Positions 11,925 through 24,100 of a stretch of DNA of 64,000 nucleotides are shown piece after piece. Within the stretch, counting starts at the first letter, position 1; each line of letters starts with the position of its first letter. The notes beneath the pieces are model-generated. The model ran no database searches. It was not told the origin of the DNA and saw only the letters and a list, made by a program, of their open reading frames with translations. The position numbers and the translations under genes were made by a program. Origin of the DNA: Azolla caroliniana (taxonomy: Eukaryota > Plantae > Polypodiophyta); NCBI GenBank assembly GCA_043228905.1, contig JBHGNT010000002.1:10168001-10232000 (forward strand). Direction: 5' to 3'.

Positions 11925-14712
11925 TTACGGAGAACCACTATTATAACTAATATACAATGACGATTCCTCCTCGTCATCCTCGGATGTACCAATCAGTGCA
12001 TTATCTTCGTCATAAACCAAATGGTTTGACTCTAGATTATATGTAGCAGATCTCGTTTGCCTTTGACTCGAGCCACCTTGTAGACCTAGTAATTTTTCTT
12101 TTATTATATCTATTGTTGACTTCCTTAATCGTCTGGCTTTTGTAAGGGTGAAGTCGTACACGATGATATCCACATCAGAGATATCAAGGGTCGAGGTGTT
12201 ACGAATGTTTCGCTTCCTCTTCCTACCTCCCCTTCTTGTTGGGCATTCAATCATCTCCAATGTATACTTACCTGTAAAAGCATTTGCAGTTCTAGTGTTG
12301 TACGAATGAACATTTATAGACTTGATCGTGTTTTCTATTCCATGCATTAGCACTTCTAGAGTTTTACCAACCCAAAATTGGTGGCCATGTGAGTTCTCAT
12401 CAGTCGGTGTTGCAATCAACATCCCCGCGGTGAGCTCTTGCAAATTGCCTTGCCATCTAGTTTCAGATGCTTTGGTCATCCTTGGTCCCACATAAATGTC
12501 TCTTTGTTGTGGATGGACCAAGCTGTCATTAATCGCATTTGTTGGTTGCTCCGGAGTTCTATTTACACGATCATGTTGCAGCGACCATGTGAATGGCGTT
12601 TCCAAATTCCAATTATCACCAAATACACAATTGTCTATAATTCCTTTCTGATCACTATAAAATACATCCCACCATGATATGTCTTGTTGTGCGGCATATT
12701 TCTTGGCGGCCTCAATATGCTTTCTTTTTTCTTCTAAGGCTTGGAGCCATGACCGTTTTTGTTCCGATACCAAGTCACTCTGCAACTGTCCTTTCTTCTC
12801 AATTGGCATTTGCTTAGCTCCATGGACAATTGAACTCGGCCTACAAAGTAATAATTGGCAACCACCTTCAGGTTCCCATGATGTAGAAGATGAATATTGT
12901 TTAGCATACAAAAGTGTAGAACCACTTATTCCATTTTTCTTTATCATAAAAATGTGATTGAAACTTATATTGTTTAACTGAGCAACCACTTTAACATTCC
13001 CACCACCCCCATCTGATATATATCTCTTAAAGTCATATACCTCCTTCAAGTGTAGCACTTTTGGGCGTGGTGTATATGCATCACAAATGACATCAAATAG
13101 TTTAGGTAAAGTGAAAGCATCATGCCGAGACAACTGTCTGGAGAATGTGTTAAACATCTGAGCTATATGGTGATGTGTGTGGCCAACCAAAAGAAAATTG
13201 ACTTTCACTTTCCTAAACAATTCTTGGTTGACCAACATACTTAAATAGCCAAACACAGTTGAATTTTTGTTCTCTCTAGCAGTATTGTCCAATTGAATGT
13301 ATAGAACAGGGGGGAAAGGTTGGCCCCAAGACATCAAAACTCGGTGAATGATTGTAACTATTAAGTTAGGGTCATTGTGAACATTGGGGTATGTAATGAA
13401 GACGTGAGTTCCAACAGACCTATTATAAGCCAAGCATCCCACCAAGTGCATTTGAACAAGGCACTCATCATTGACATCTTTGGGGAGCCTCCGCATATGC
13501 GGCAAGCACGTCTTCTTCTGGTCCATGCCATCTATCATTAAGCACATGTATTGTTCGGGCCTCTTCAAACACTTCTCTCTATGATGCATCGCCTTCTTTC
13601 GTTCTAACGATTGTGCCTCACGATGCTCTTGTAGTAACTTCTTACTCATATCCTTTTCCATTGATGTCTTTGCACCTTTAGCCAAACTTTTAAGATTTGC
13701 ACAAATGGCGCAATACCCCATGCGTACTTTACGTGGAATGATAACATTTGAAAACCGAGCTCTCCATAATCTTGTGAATTGGCTATAGGTGATAGACTTA
13801 TTACGTGAGCCCACCATATCAGATCGATAGACATCATAAACTTCCCGACGTGTATAATTATCAGAAAGGTGCATCCTACCTGTAGTGGGCATTACTTCAC
13901 AATTTAACTAAAAGTAACTTTTCATCCAACCAATAGCATTTCTTCCAATTGCACCTTTCATACTTGGAACCTCTTTAAAATTGAGCATCTGATCCCCGCT
14001 AAGTAGACGTTGTTGTACTCTATGTAGCCGCATGTTACTAACACATAACGCAATTTTGAATGCAACTCTACATATCTGTTGCGCATGGAAGATATAATAC
14101 TCGAATGATTACTTTGATCCCCGTACATTTGTCAGATACTAGTTGCATATGTGGCCAGAGGTAAGTGTCTTGCTCATCACCAGTCATCGAAAAATAGTAT
14201 CACCTTAATTCTTGCAACTTTGATTTTCCAATCATAGACATACAACCACGGGCACAACATATTTTTTTGACATCAAATCCAATCTGTTTATTTGATGTCA
14301 CCAAGCTAAATCTAGCTAGATGAATTCTTTGTGGGATTCTTCTAATATGCATAGGTCTTCCAGATTTCTCTTCCTGCATAGAGGTTGGTGTAACTTTGTT
14401 ACAATCGAATTCTTTGTTGTGACCATCGCCAATGTTATTCGATGTTTCATTGGCACTACCTTCATTTTCTGTATCTTTATTAATATCGTATTCTTCAATA
14501 GAGAACTCTTCACTTGTGTCATTATTTACATTCCCTATAGGTGAAGATGAGCTCAGACAATATTCTTCCATAGAATATGGTGAGTCTGTCGACAGACAAT
14601 ATTCTTCAATAGAATATGGTGAGTCTGTCGACAAACAATACTCTTCAGTAGAAAACGATGAGTATGATGACAAACAATATTCTTCAATCGAGAACGGTGA
14701 ATCTTCACTCAT
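11925..14712 (-). pseudogene. DUF7869-type (Sola1-related) DDD transposase of element C, apparently intronless
   Basis: Motifs CAIC, LMIDGMDQKKTCLPH, LYIQLDNTARENKN and FLLVGHTH. The 655-aa ORF is preceded by collinear broken frames up to ATG 14712 (SPYSIEEYCLS repeats). The usual HTHEDIDQ reads HTHHHIAQ. Confidence 0.85.
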
Positions 14713-15410
14713 GGCTTAAGGTCTAGATAGGGCTCTGTAAGTTATGTGCTTGGGCTAAGCCAAAAAACTAATAAGCTCCTCTCTAAACATATACTCCTCT
14801 CTAAACATAAACTTCTCTCTAAACAAAAGCTCCCTCAATAGAATGTCTATATTATTTAATATTATATTAATACAATACATAGAAATATTATTTTTAATAT
14901 AGTAATTGTATTTAAAATATCAATAATTATTTAAACTAGGTCTATATGAAGTTAAATCAAGTATAATATAAATCCAATCATTACCAAGCCATAAATATGT
15001 TGGATTAAAGTTTAAATCAATGGCTAATTAATGGCACCCATATTTGATATAGAACCTCTCAGTCATTGGTTCATTAATGCTCACCATTGTAAATATTAGA
15101 CTTATCAATCATTGGTTAATTCATGCCCACATCTTTAATACACAGCAATTGAGAGTCATAAAAATGTTGCTTTTAGTAATCAATAATTGGTACATTCATA
15201 AACCTCTATCATTGTCTCCTTCATGACCTTTAAAGTCATTGTAAGTTGTTATGACTATAAAAGATTTATCAATATGTTAGTTTGATTTTGTAATCATTAA
15301 TGCAATCATAAGTTACTCTAGTTAATGTGATTGTGGTTACCAAGTAACTAACCTCAAACTTACCAACCTTTGTTAGGGTGACTATGGTTACTTTAACCAC
15401 TGTGGTCAAT

Positions 15411-15423
15411 CCCTATAAATAGG
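15411..15423 (+). promoter_or_regulatory. Putative TATA box of the ParB-MTase gene
   Basis: CCCTATAAATAGG about 120 bp upstream of ATG 15540. Confidence 0.55.
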
Positions 15424-15563
15424 AAGACCTCGTCATATTTCCCTCACAAGAGTACACAAGACCATACAAGAGCACACAGAGCAAACAGAGCACAAATCAC
15501 GAAAGCGCGATCTCCGCCTCCACTGCCACAAGATCAACCATGTCTTCAAAGAGAATCTAGCGC

Positions 15564-16095
15564 TAACAATCGGCAACAGTTCGGTTTGAACCGAACCAAA
15601 CCGCGAAACCGCGGTTTAACGACTTAACGGTTTCAAGGGTTCGGTTCGGTTCAAGTTTAGGTTTTTATAAACGGTTCGGTTCGGTTTCGGTTCGGTTTCA
15701 GCAGTCAAAAAACGCGGTTTAAACGGTTTAACGGTTTTTATTTTTTATTATTTTAAAAAAAATTTTAATTTTTTTTTTAAAACAATCTTTTCATTTTTAC
15801 TCTTATTCTCACATTTTAGGAACATCTTAAAAATTTTAAAAATTCTAAATAATGAAATATTATAAATTTAAAAATAATAATAATAAAAATTGACCTATGT
15901 TGAAAACCGAAATCAAACCACGAAACCGCGGTTTTTACGGTTTAAAGGTTTAACGGTTTGGTTTAAAGGTTTTGCGGTTCGGTTCGGTTCAGTTTGGTTC
16001 AAGTTTCAACTTTTTAAAACGGTTCAGTTCCAAACCGGTTCGGTTTGGACCCTCTCAAATCGAACCGAACCGAACCGAACCGTTGCCGATTGTTA
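15564..16095. mobile_element. hAT-type MITE (532 bp)
   Basis: 14-bp perfect TIR TAACAATCGGCAAC; 8-bp TSD TCTAGCGC/TCGAGCGC (one mismatch); subterminal GGTTC/GAACC repeats; AT-rich core. Confidence 0.92.
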
Positions 16096-16173
16096 TCGAG
16101 CGCCAGGACTCCAGGTAGGCCTCTGACACTGTGGAAATTTTTGTAAATATGTTTTGTCACTCAAGAACTTTAT

Positions 16174-16357
16174 ATAGGAACTCGATACGGCGTATCGAGT
16201 TCCTATTTTTTCTTTGCTTTTTAAACAGGAACTCGATACACCGTATCGAGTTCCTGTGTGTTCTTTGCTTTTTAAACAGGAACTCGATACGGTGTATCGA
16301 GTTCATGTGGAATGTTTGTGTTTAAAATAGGAACTCGATAACGTGTGTCGAGTTCCT
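16174..16357. repeat. Four tandem palindromes GGAACTCGATAC-N3-GTATCGAGTTCC at ~50-bp spacing
   Basis: Directly visible in intron 1 of the MTase gene. Confidence 0.9.
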
Positions 16358-19300
16358 GGATTATTTTTGTGTTTTGCTCGATAACTTGTGTTTTTGGGGC
16401 AACAATTTAGTATTGTGTGGAAAAGATATCAAACTGGCTGTCAAAATCAGTCTTTCTTATGTCGACTTCCCTTACTTTTTAAGAAAATCAGGCCTTAATT
16501 ATAGGTGTTTTATGACCTACTATAGCCTAAAATAGTAGAAAATAACCCACAAATTACTTGTACGATACCAATCTCAAGTCTATCATATGCAAATTATCTA
16601 CAATGTAGTTATGGAATCAATATAAGTCATACCTGCCCTTCAAGACAATATATAACCTTGTATACTCATTACGATATATATTTTCTAAGTTGTATACTCA
16701 TTACGATATTTGAATATATGACTACCATATACTCTGAATGCATGATTGATATTTATAGTTCACCACTAATCGCCTGCTAGTGTATTTCTTCATCTACTTA
16801 TTTATATTTTAATATACAACCTTAATCTACTTGACCACCTAACTTATGTTTTCACATGTACTTTCTTAAATAGGTCGTTTGAGAACCTGTCGGATTGACC
16901 TGTGAAGAAAATAAAGCTTCGCATACAGGGTTCTCCAATCGAAACACAGACCCTAGTAGCTCCCGAGTCCATGAAGAGAGGAAAAAAGCTTCTCTTCAAC
17001 GAGGAGTCAAAATCTCAACCACACATTGACGTTAGCCAAAAGAAACTTGTAGCAGCAACTAGAGGTGAAGACCTTCCTGACCATGATCTAACGGACAAGG
17101 AATGGTGTATGCAATACGTCGACTCAAAGAAAAAAGTCGTATTGTATACAACAAAGAAGAAGGGGGAGGGGCATCTTGGAAAGGAAACCCCATTTATGTA
17201 TGGTCGTATTCTACGATTTGACTATGAAGATGAAGATTCTGCCAACATACTGGTAATGATAGAGTGCTCCAAGGGGGTACGTAAAGTGTTCCTTTCAGAA
17301 GATCTTCTAGCAAAGGAATCTTGTGGGCCAGAAGCGTTCAAAAAAGATCTTGAAAGCTCACAAAACCTTATTGTTACCTTGAGGCCTTATATACAAGGCC
17401 ATGTAACTTTAACAGATGAAGTGCCCTCCTCAGTGAAGGCCACAAAAAGGGTATCTAAAGTACAATCAACACCACCAAAGAAGAAGACAACCAAAATGTC
17501 GAACTCCGATTCAACAAGTGAAAACGAAGAGGACACTAAGGGGACGCCAGGAGCTGAGCTGGCATCGGGTGTGTTGTCATCCGAGCAGAATAAGATAAGG
17601 AGAGAGTTAATGCAGTGTAAACTGGTCAGGAAAGGGCAAGTGTTTAATTTTCCTATAACACACATCCATCGGCCCCCTATTGATGAAAAAACAGGTCGAA
17701 GACCACTTGAGATTAGAGAGCCACACCGCATGCATGTACAAAATCTTAAGAAAAAAATGAAAATTAATCCTCATGCCACTGTGGTGCCTTTGATAGTTAT
17801 GGTAGATCCTGAAGAATATGAAACCATTGAAGATTTTGATATTAGAAAGCATGATCAATATAATTACTTTGTCATTGGTGGATTGCATTCAGCGGAGGCA
17901 CGTCAGCAACTTGTGAGAGAACATCCAACGACTTTCTTCTTCAAGTATGCCGAGTGCAAAATTTATGTGGGGCTCACAACTGAAGAGGCAAAGCTGTTGG
18001 CATGGGACCATAATAATGATAATGACTATAGGCAGAAAATGTCGTCGATTAAGTGTATACGGTTCTTCCACCACAAGTGTTTGGACGTGAAACAAAAGTT
18101 TTGTGTGAAGCTACATCCAGGTCTACGACGTCAATGTCTGCATGAAGTCGGTATTGTTGTAGATGATAATGTTAAGTCCGATGGTCTTCAAAAATATGAG
18201 TCTTGGTTTCAACTGGCCTTTAGAGATGGAGAAGTATGGGACCTACAGGATCAAATCTTCTCAATGTGGGGGAATAAGGAGGTAAAGGGTCAACGACAAA
18301 AGAAATGTAAGGTTGACCCTCAACTAGAGTTAAAGTCACAAGCCGCCAAGAAAATTGACTTGACAATTGAAGAAGCGGCTGACGACATGAAGTTGTCTCT
18401 GTGGAGAGCGATGCAAGGTATTAAGGACGAGCAGCTTCTTGTGTCTGTTTTGTCAAGGGTTGTGGCGACAGATTTAAGCCTTGAAGAAATGGTCACTGAG
18501 TTCAATAAGTAAGTCTTTCAAATACTGAAATTGAAGTCTATATGGTGTAATTCAAAGTTCTAATCTTGATTTCTAATTTTATAGTCATAAAGTGTACATG
18601 AAGATCCAAGAAGTTATGATGAAACAACTTGGATGTATAACTTGGGAACAAGTGACCGAGGATTATCCTCTAACGTCTTCATATAAGGCGTTATCAGAGT
18701 ATTTTATTGCATTCAAGGATTGGGTTAGTATTGGTGGTTTTTCATTACACTTTCATCATATGTAGAGCTTGTATAATAATACCTGATGTCCTATTGCTTC
18801 TATTAGAAACCGTGTTGTGGCTAGAAACAAGGAGAAGTTAAGGATATATGTGATTTCCCTACATCCTTCCTTGCACATCTCGAGCGAGCCAGAAAAGAAA
18901 AGGATCGTTGCTTAGTCAAGGCGTACGAAATAGAGGAAGATGGCTCCTTTAAAAAATTTAGCCACAAAAAAGATATTACGAGAGATCTTTACTACAATGT
19001 GGTTTGCGGCGATGTCGTCGACTTGATCCAAAAAGTGCCAAAGAAGGAATATACGCTAATGATTGCAGATATTCCTTACGGATTTCGAATGGCTGGGTCA
19101 TCATACAACGATGAATCGTTTAGGTTTAAACAATTGGAGAAGATGGTCAAGGATTTCGCTGAGTTAATGATTGCATCCTTGTGGCGAATAGTTGTCTTTC
19201 ATAGTATGGACCAACGGTACTTGGTAGCTCAAGCTTTGAGATCTCGTTGCCATGGCATCGAGAACCTTGCATGGTAAGGATTATTTATAGGTGTCATTCA

Positions 19301-20530
19301 CTATATTGCATTTCTTAAGGTTGTTCAATCTATTCTTAACTTGATGTATTATTTTTTATAGGATAAAAACCAATGTAAATAGAGGGCCAACTTTTCGGTT
19401 CGTTAATGCCATTGAATACATCACGGTTGGCTACTTCGATGAAATTAAGAAACAGAGAATCAAGGAGCATTCTAATGAAGTGGGAGGTTCAAATCTATTG
19501 GTATATCCAGCAGTGACACGGAAATTGCGACATGTCACCACGACAGAACGGGGACTTGTCAACCCATATCAAAAACCTCAGCGACTTATGATGTGCTTGA
19601 TCGAGATGTTTTCTATTGAACGAGACTGGATATTAGATCTCTTTTCTGGCACAGGTATTCCTTGAACTAGGGTAACGATCTTGAGATAACCAATACCGAA
19701 TCTTTTTTGTTTGACAACTAAATCTTCTTGTTACTTACTTCACAGGAACGACGTCTACATGTGCATTGAAGCTCTTTAGAAATACAGTCGCATTGCAGAA
19801 GGACTAGGAGCAGGTTATATTTATAAATATGTGGTTTAAGGCTTTGTGAGAGTGCCCAGACCAGGATGAGGAGGTCGGTGCATAGAACCTCGCTAATACA
19901 GAAAGGTTTCAACCTGCTTCACGAGAGCCTATTCCTCCGTTAGCCAGCGAACCGGGGGAGCTAATAGAGCTTGATGATGAGCTTATAGAAGATATTTTGT
20001 TGGCTCGGCTAACAGGGGAAGACAATGCACGTATAGCCGAAGAGAGTTCTACACAAGATGATGAAGAAAATGACATTGATGAATTGATTGCTATGTAATA
20101 GACTCTATGAAGAAAATGACATTGACGATTTGTTTGGATTTCACATTATTGATACAAATTTTGGGTTTTACCTAGTGGATTCTATTCTTATTAATCTAAT
20201 ATATGTTTCAATTTTATTTTTATATACTTGGTTAGTAGATTTATGACATTGGATTCACCGTGTGCATAGCTAACTACCAAATTTATGGAGAAACATGAAT
20301 TAGTTTAAATTGAGGCTGATTTTGGTCCAAGCTAACCTTAACATAACATGGCCCTACAATTGTTGCCATGACTGTCCATGTTGTTATTATGGATCTTTGT
20401 CTTCTATTGTTAAAACTATTATGTTTCTATTCCATTTTTGCTTAGATTGTGTAGTGTGTTGATAATGGTTCCACTAGCGTTATCTGCATGTTTTTATACG
20501 CTTGTAGTTCCACTTGCGTTATCGTTCGGA

Positions 20531-20806
20531 GTTTGATCCTGTGTGAATCACCTAAGCAATAGAGTAGATCAATTTTAAATACAGGTATGAAAGCCTTAAT
20601 AGGTTTGTTATTTCCACGATATTATCCTAAAGTTCATTGCCTTACATTGTCCACAATTATATACATATGGTTTGATCCCATACGAACAAACTGAGGAATA
20701 GATTAGATCAACTTTAAATACAAGTACTGAATACTTTAATAAGTTAGTTATTCCAATCACATTATCCTAAAGTTCACTATCATACATTGTCCACAATTAT
20801 ATACAT
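20531..20806. repeat. Two ~135-bp direct repeats in the subterminal region of element C
   Basis: GTTTGATCC...TATTATCCTAAAGTTCA...TACATTGTCCACAATTATATACAT occurs twice. Confidence 0.75.
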
Positions 20807-21189
20807 GCACGTATAGGTCAAAGTATAAATTATAACTCATTTTATTAGTATGGATACAAGTACACCTCATATTTTTGTAAAACTTACCTAATTAATATAA
20901 GTCTTTAACTTAGTGTTTCCCTTGTCACACAATAGTGACATATTGAGCCATTGTTGAACTTTATTATGCCTACATTAACTTATCAACACGTCCAAACTTG
21001 CATGATTTCTAATGATCTCCACTCGTAGACCTATCATGTATTTTTATATTTGCAAATTCTCATCAAGTTGAGGAACATGTGATACTAGTGCATCCAATTT
21101 TTGTAGAGAGGGTATATTTGCTTTGTTTCAAGAAGATTCTACAAGTGGAATGCGCAATCCTTCCACTTGTGAACGCGAACATGTTTCTT

Positions 21190-24100
21190 CTAAATCTTCA
21201 TTTTGAGGAGATTTGAGCACCGCAAAATGATCTCCAACTTCCAATAAAACTGCCAAGTCTTGATGTTGGTTGTAGTATACAATATCGTTTGAATGTGCAT
21301 CCTCTTCAATATCATCTTGTTGTTCAGGCTCAAGCTTCTGCAGCTTCCAGGGCTCCACGATTGATAGGTTGATGCATTTATCCCAAGCTTCATCTATACA
21401 CATGGAACAAAAGCATGATAAAGTACAGAGTAACAATTGTGTTGTGTCCTTGCGGCTAAACCCTAATATACAATGGGTGCTTCGTGTGCCTTTCACGGTT
21501 TTACAACCATATGATTTAGTTCTATCGACTTCATCAGTGCGAACCTCAACAAACAATTTGTTTTTACCATCATTTGACATCTTCCATGTTAGTCACTCCA
21601 CAACATCATGTGCATTTTGTAACTTAACACCATTATTATCCAACTCCTCACTTGTAAGGGCACGTTTGATCACAGCCCCTGCGCCATCATGCTCTCCTTT
21701 TCCATGTCCAGACCCAAAGTAGTTCCATTGCATACGAATGTTGAATAAGGAGAAGTATTTGCTTTTGTATCCCAGGTTTCCAACAAACATTAGTACTATG
21801 TTGTCAATCGAGAGTACTATACATCCATTAATACTGATTTAGTACAAATACAAAACAAAGCATATCACAATGTATCCATGGAGAACACTCTACATTGATT
21901 AAAAGATAAATAGTACTATGTTATCAACCATCTATACTTAGCATCCAACACAAAGCATAGTACAATGTGTTCATGGAAAACACTCTACATGTATTAAAAG
22001 ATAATTAGTACAAACTCTTCAATATTGGACAGTACTATGTTGCTGACGACGAGTACTTTACATCCATTAATACTGATTTCGTACAGATAAAACACACAGT
22101 ACAGTACAATGTGTCCTTGCAGAACTTAACATGGATTAAAAGATAATTAGTACAAACTCTTCAATATAGGACAATACTATGAGTACAAGACATGTACTTT
22201 ACATCCTTCAATAAATACTGATTTAGTACAAATACAACACACAATACAATACAATGTGTCCATGGAGAACACTCAACATGGATTAAAAGATAAATAGTAC
22301 AAACTCTTCAATATAGGACAGTACTGAGTACAAGACATGTACTTTACATCCTTCAATAAATACTGATTTAGTACAGATACAACACACAGTACAATACAGT
22401 GTGTCCATGGAGAACACTCAACATAGATTAAAAGATAATTAGTACTAACTCTTAAGGACGGACAATACTATGAGTACAAGACGAGTACTTTACATCCTTC
22501 AATAAATACTGATTTAGTACAGATACAACACACAGTACAGTACAATGTGTCCATGGAGAACACTCAACATGGATTAAAAGATAAATAGTACAAACTCTTC
22601 AATATAGGACAGTACTGAGTACAAGACATGTACTTTACATCCTTCAATAAATACTGATTTAGTACAGATACAGTACACAGTACAATACAGTGTGTCCATG
22701 GAGAACACTCAACATAGATTAAAAGATAATTAGTACTAACTCTTAAGGACGGACAATACTATGAGTACAAGCCGAGTACTTTACATCCTTCAATAAATAC
22801 TGATTTAGTACAGATACAACACACAGTACAGTACAATGTGTCCATGGAGAACACTCAACATGGATTAAAAGATAAATAGTACAAACTCTTCAATATAGGA
22901 CAGTACTGAGTAAAAGACATGTACTTTACATCCTTCAATAAATACTGATTTAGTACAGATACAATACACAGTACAATACAGTGTGTCCATGGAGAACACT
23001 CAACATAGATTAAAAGATAATTAGTACTAACTCTTAAGGACGGACAATACTATGAGTACAAGACGAGTACTTTACATCCTTCAATAAATACTGATTTAGT
23101 ACAGATACAACACACAGTACAATACAATGTGTCCATGGAGGGCACTCAACATGGACTAAAAGATACTTAGTACAAACTCTTAAGAATGGCCAATACTATG
23201 AGTACAAGACGAGTACTTTACATCCTTTAATAAATACTGATTTAGTACAGATACAACACAAAACACAGTACAATGTGTCTATGGAGAACACTTCACATGG
23301 ATTAAAAGATAATAAACACATATCCACGTGACAGGATGGTACTATGTGATCAATCAAGAACACTTAACATAGTTACAAATATAATTAGTATGCATGCATC
23401 CATTTGAATAGTACTGTGTTTGAATAGTTACAAACATAATTAGTATGCATGCACTAACACAAGACTTACTTCCTTAGACATTGTATTATAAGTAATAAAC
23501 ATATGGATTAAAAATTACCTAATGATAAAGTAGAACGATCGTGCCGCCTTAAACTGCGAGGCAGCACCATCAAACCAAACCCAATGACGGTTAAAGCTAA
23601 ACCCTAGAGACAATAAATCTACATGGTGAAGCTTAAAACAATGTTGAACAAATAGTGTATCATGCTTTTTATCATCTGAAATCTAAAATATTGATCATTG
23701 TACCAATGCATTGATTGCACCTCATTTTGCACTTTAAATGTATAGTTTTCTGCAAAGTCAATAACGGATACGATGACACTCGTTGGTAAGTTATTAATAC
23801 ATTCCTTGAACTGTGAATTTTGCCAATAACTCCGGAAGTTATGTGGAATGAACTCCCCAAGTTGTTTCTTAAACTTTGAGACAAGGTTAGCATCACATGT
23901 CTCCTTATATGCCTCCTTGATACGCTTAGTTACAAGTCCCTGGCCAATATTTTCAGTCACATACCCTAAATATTTCCATTTCACAATATGATTGTTTCCC
24001 AAATCAAGCTCCTGCCTACAAAATAATGGTAGCAAACAAACCTTACATGTTCCTAAAAGACATGTACGACGATGCCACTCACATGATGGTTCTTTGTCAC

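Larger units (their letters stand above)
15540..20098 (+). pseudogene. ParB/Srx-like domain fused to a beta-class N6-adenine/N4-cytosine DNA methyltransferase; 6 exons, ~973 aa reconstructed
   Basis: Exons 15540-15563+16104-16114, 16874-18508, 18585-18723, 18807-19273, 19362-19654 and 19746-20098 join by GT-AG introns without a frameshift. Motifs: YFVIGGLHS and LTTEEAKLLAWDHN (ParB-like); CGD..D, IADIPYG, WIK.N, NPYQKP and ILDLFSGTGTT (MTase). Premature stops at 16896, 18822, 19805, 19847 and 19883, plus a MITE in exon 1. Confidence 0.88.
11558..21185. mobile_element. DUF7869/Sola1-like DNA transposon C (9628 bp) carrying a ParB-DNA methyltransferase gene
   Basis: 36-bp TIRs at 11558-11593 and 21150-21185 (33/36 match, AACACGTTCGCGTTCACAAGTGGAAGGAT...). 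4-bp TSD TCTT at 11554-11557 and 21186-21189. Excision restores the element B transposase frame. Confidence 0.93.

Noticed and set aside
15540-20098. Bacterial contamination as the source of the MTase
   Set aside because: It has five spliceosomal introns, a plant-type MITE insertion, and TIR/TSD integration into flanking eukaryotic transposons.
21790-23350. Regular repeats as a possible CRISPR array (also 16174-16357 and 29600-30490)
   Set aside because: Units are wholly repeated with no unique spacers, there are no cas genes, and the context is eukaryotic and intronic.
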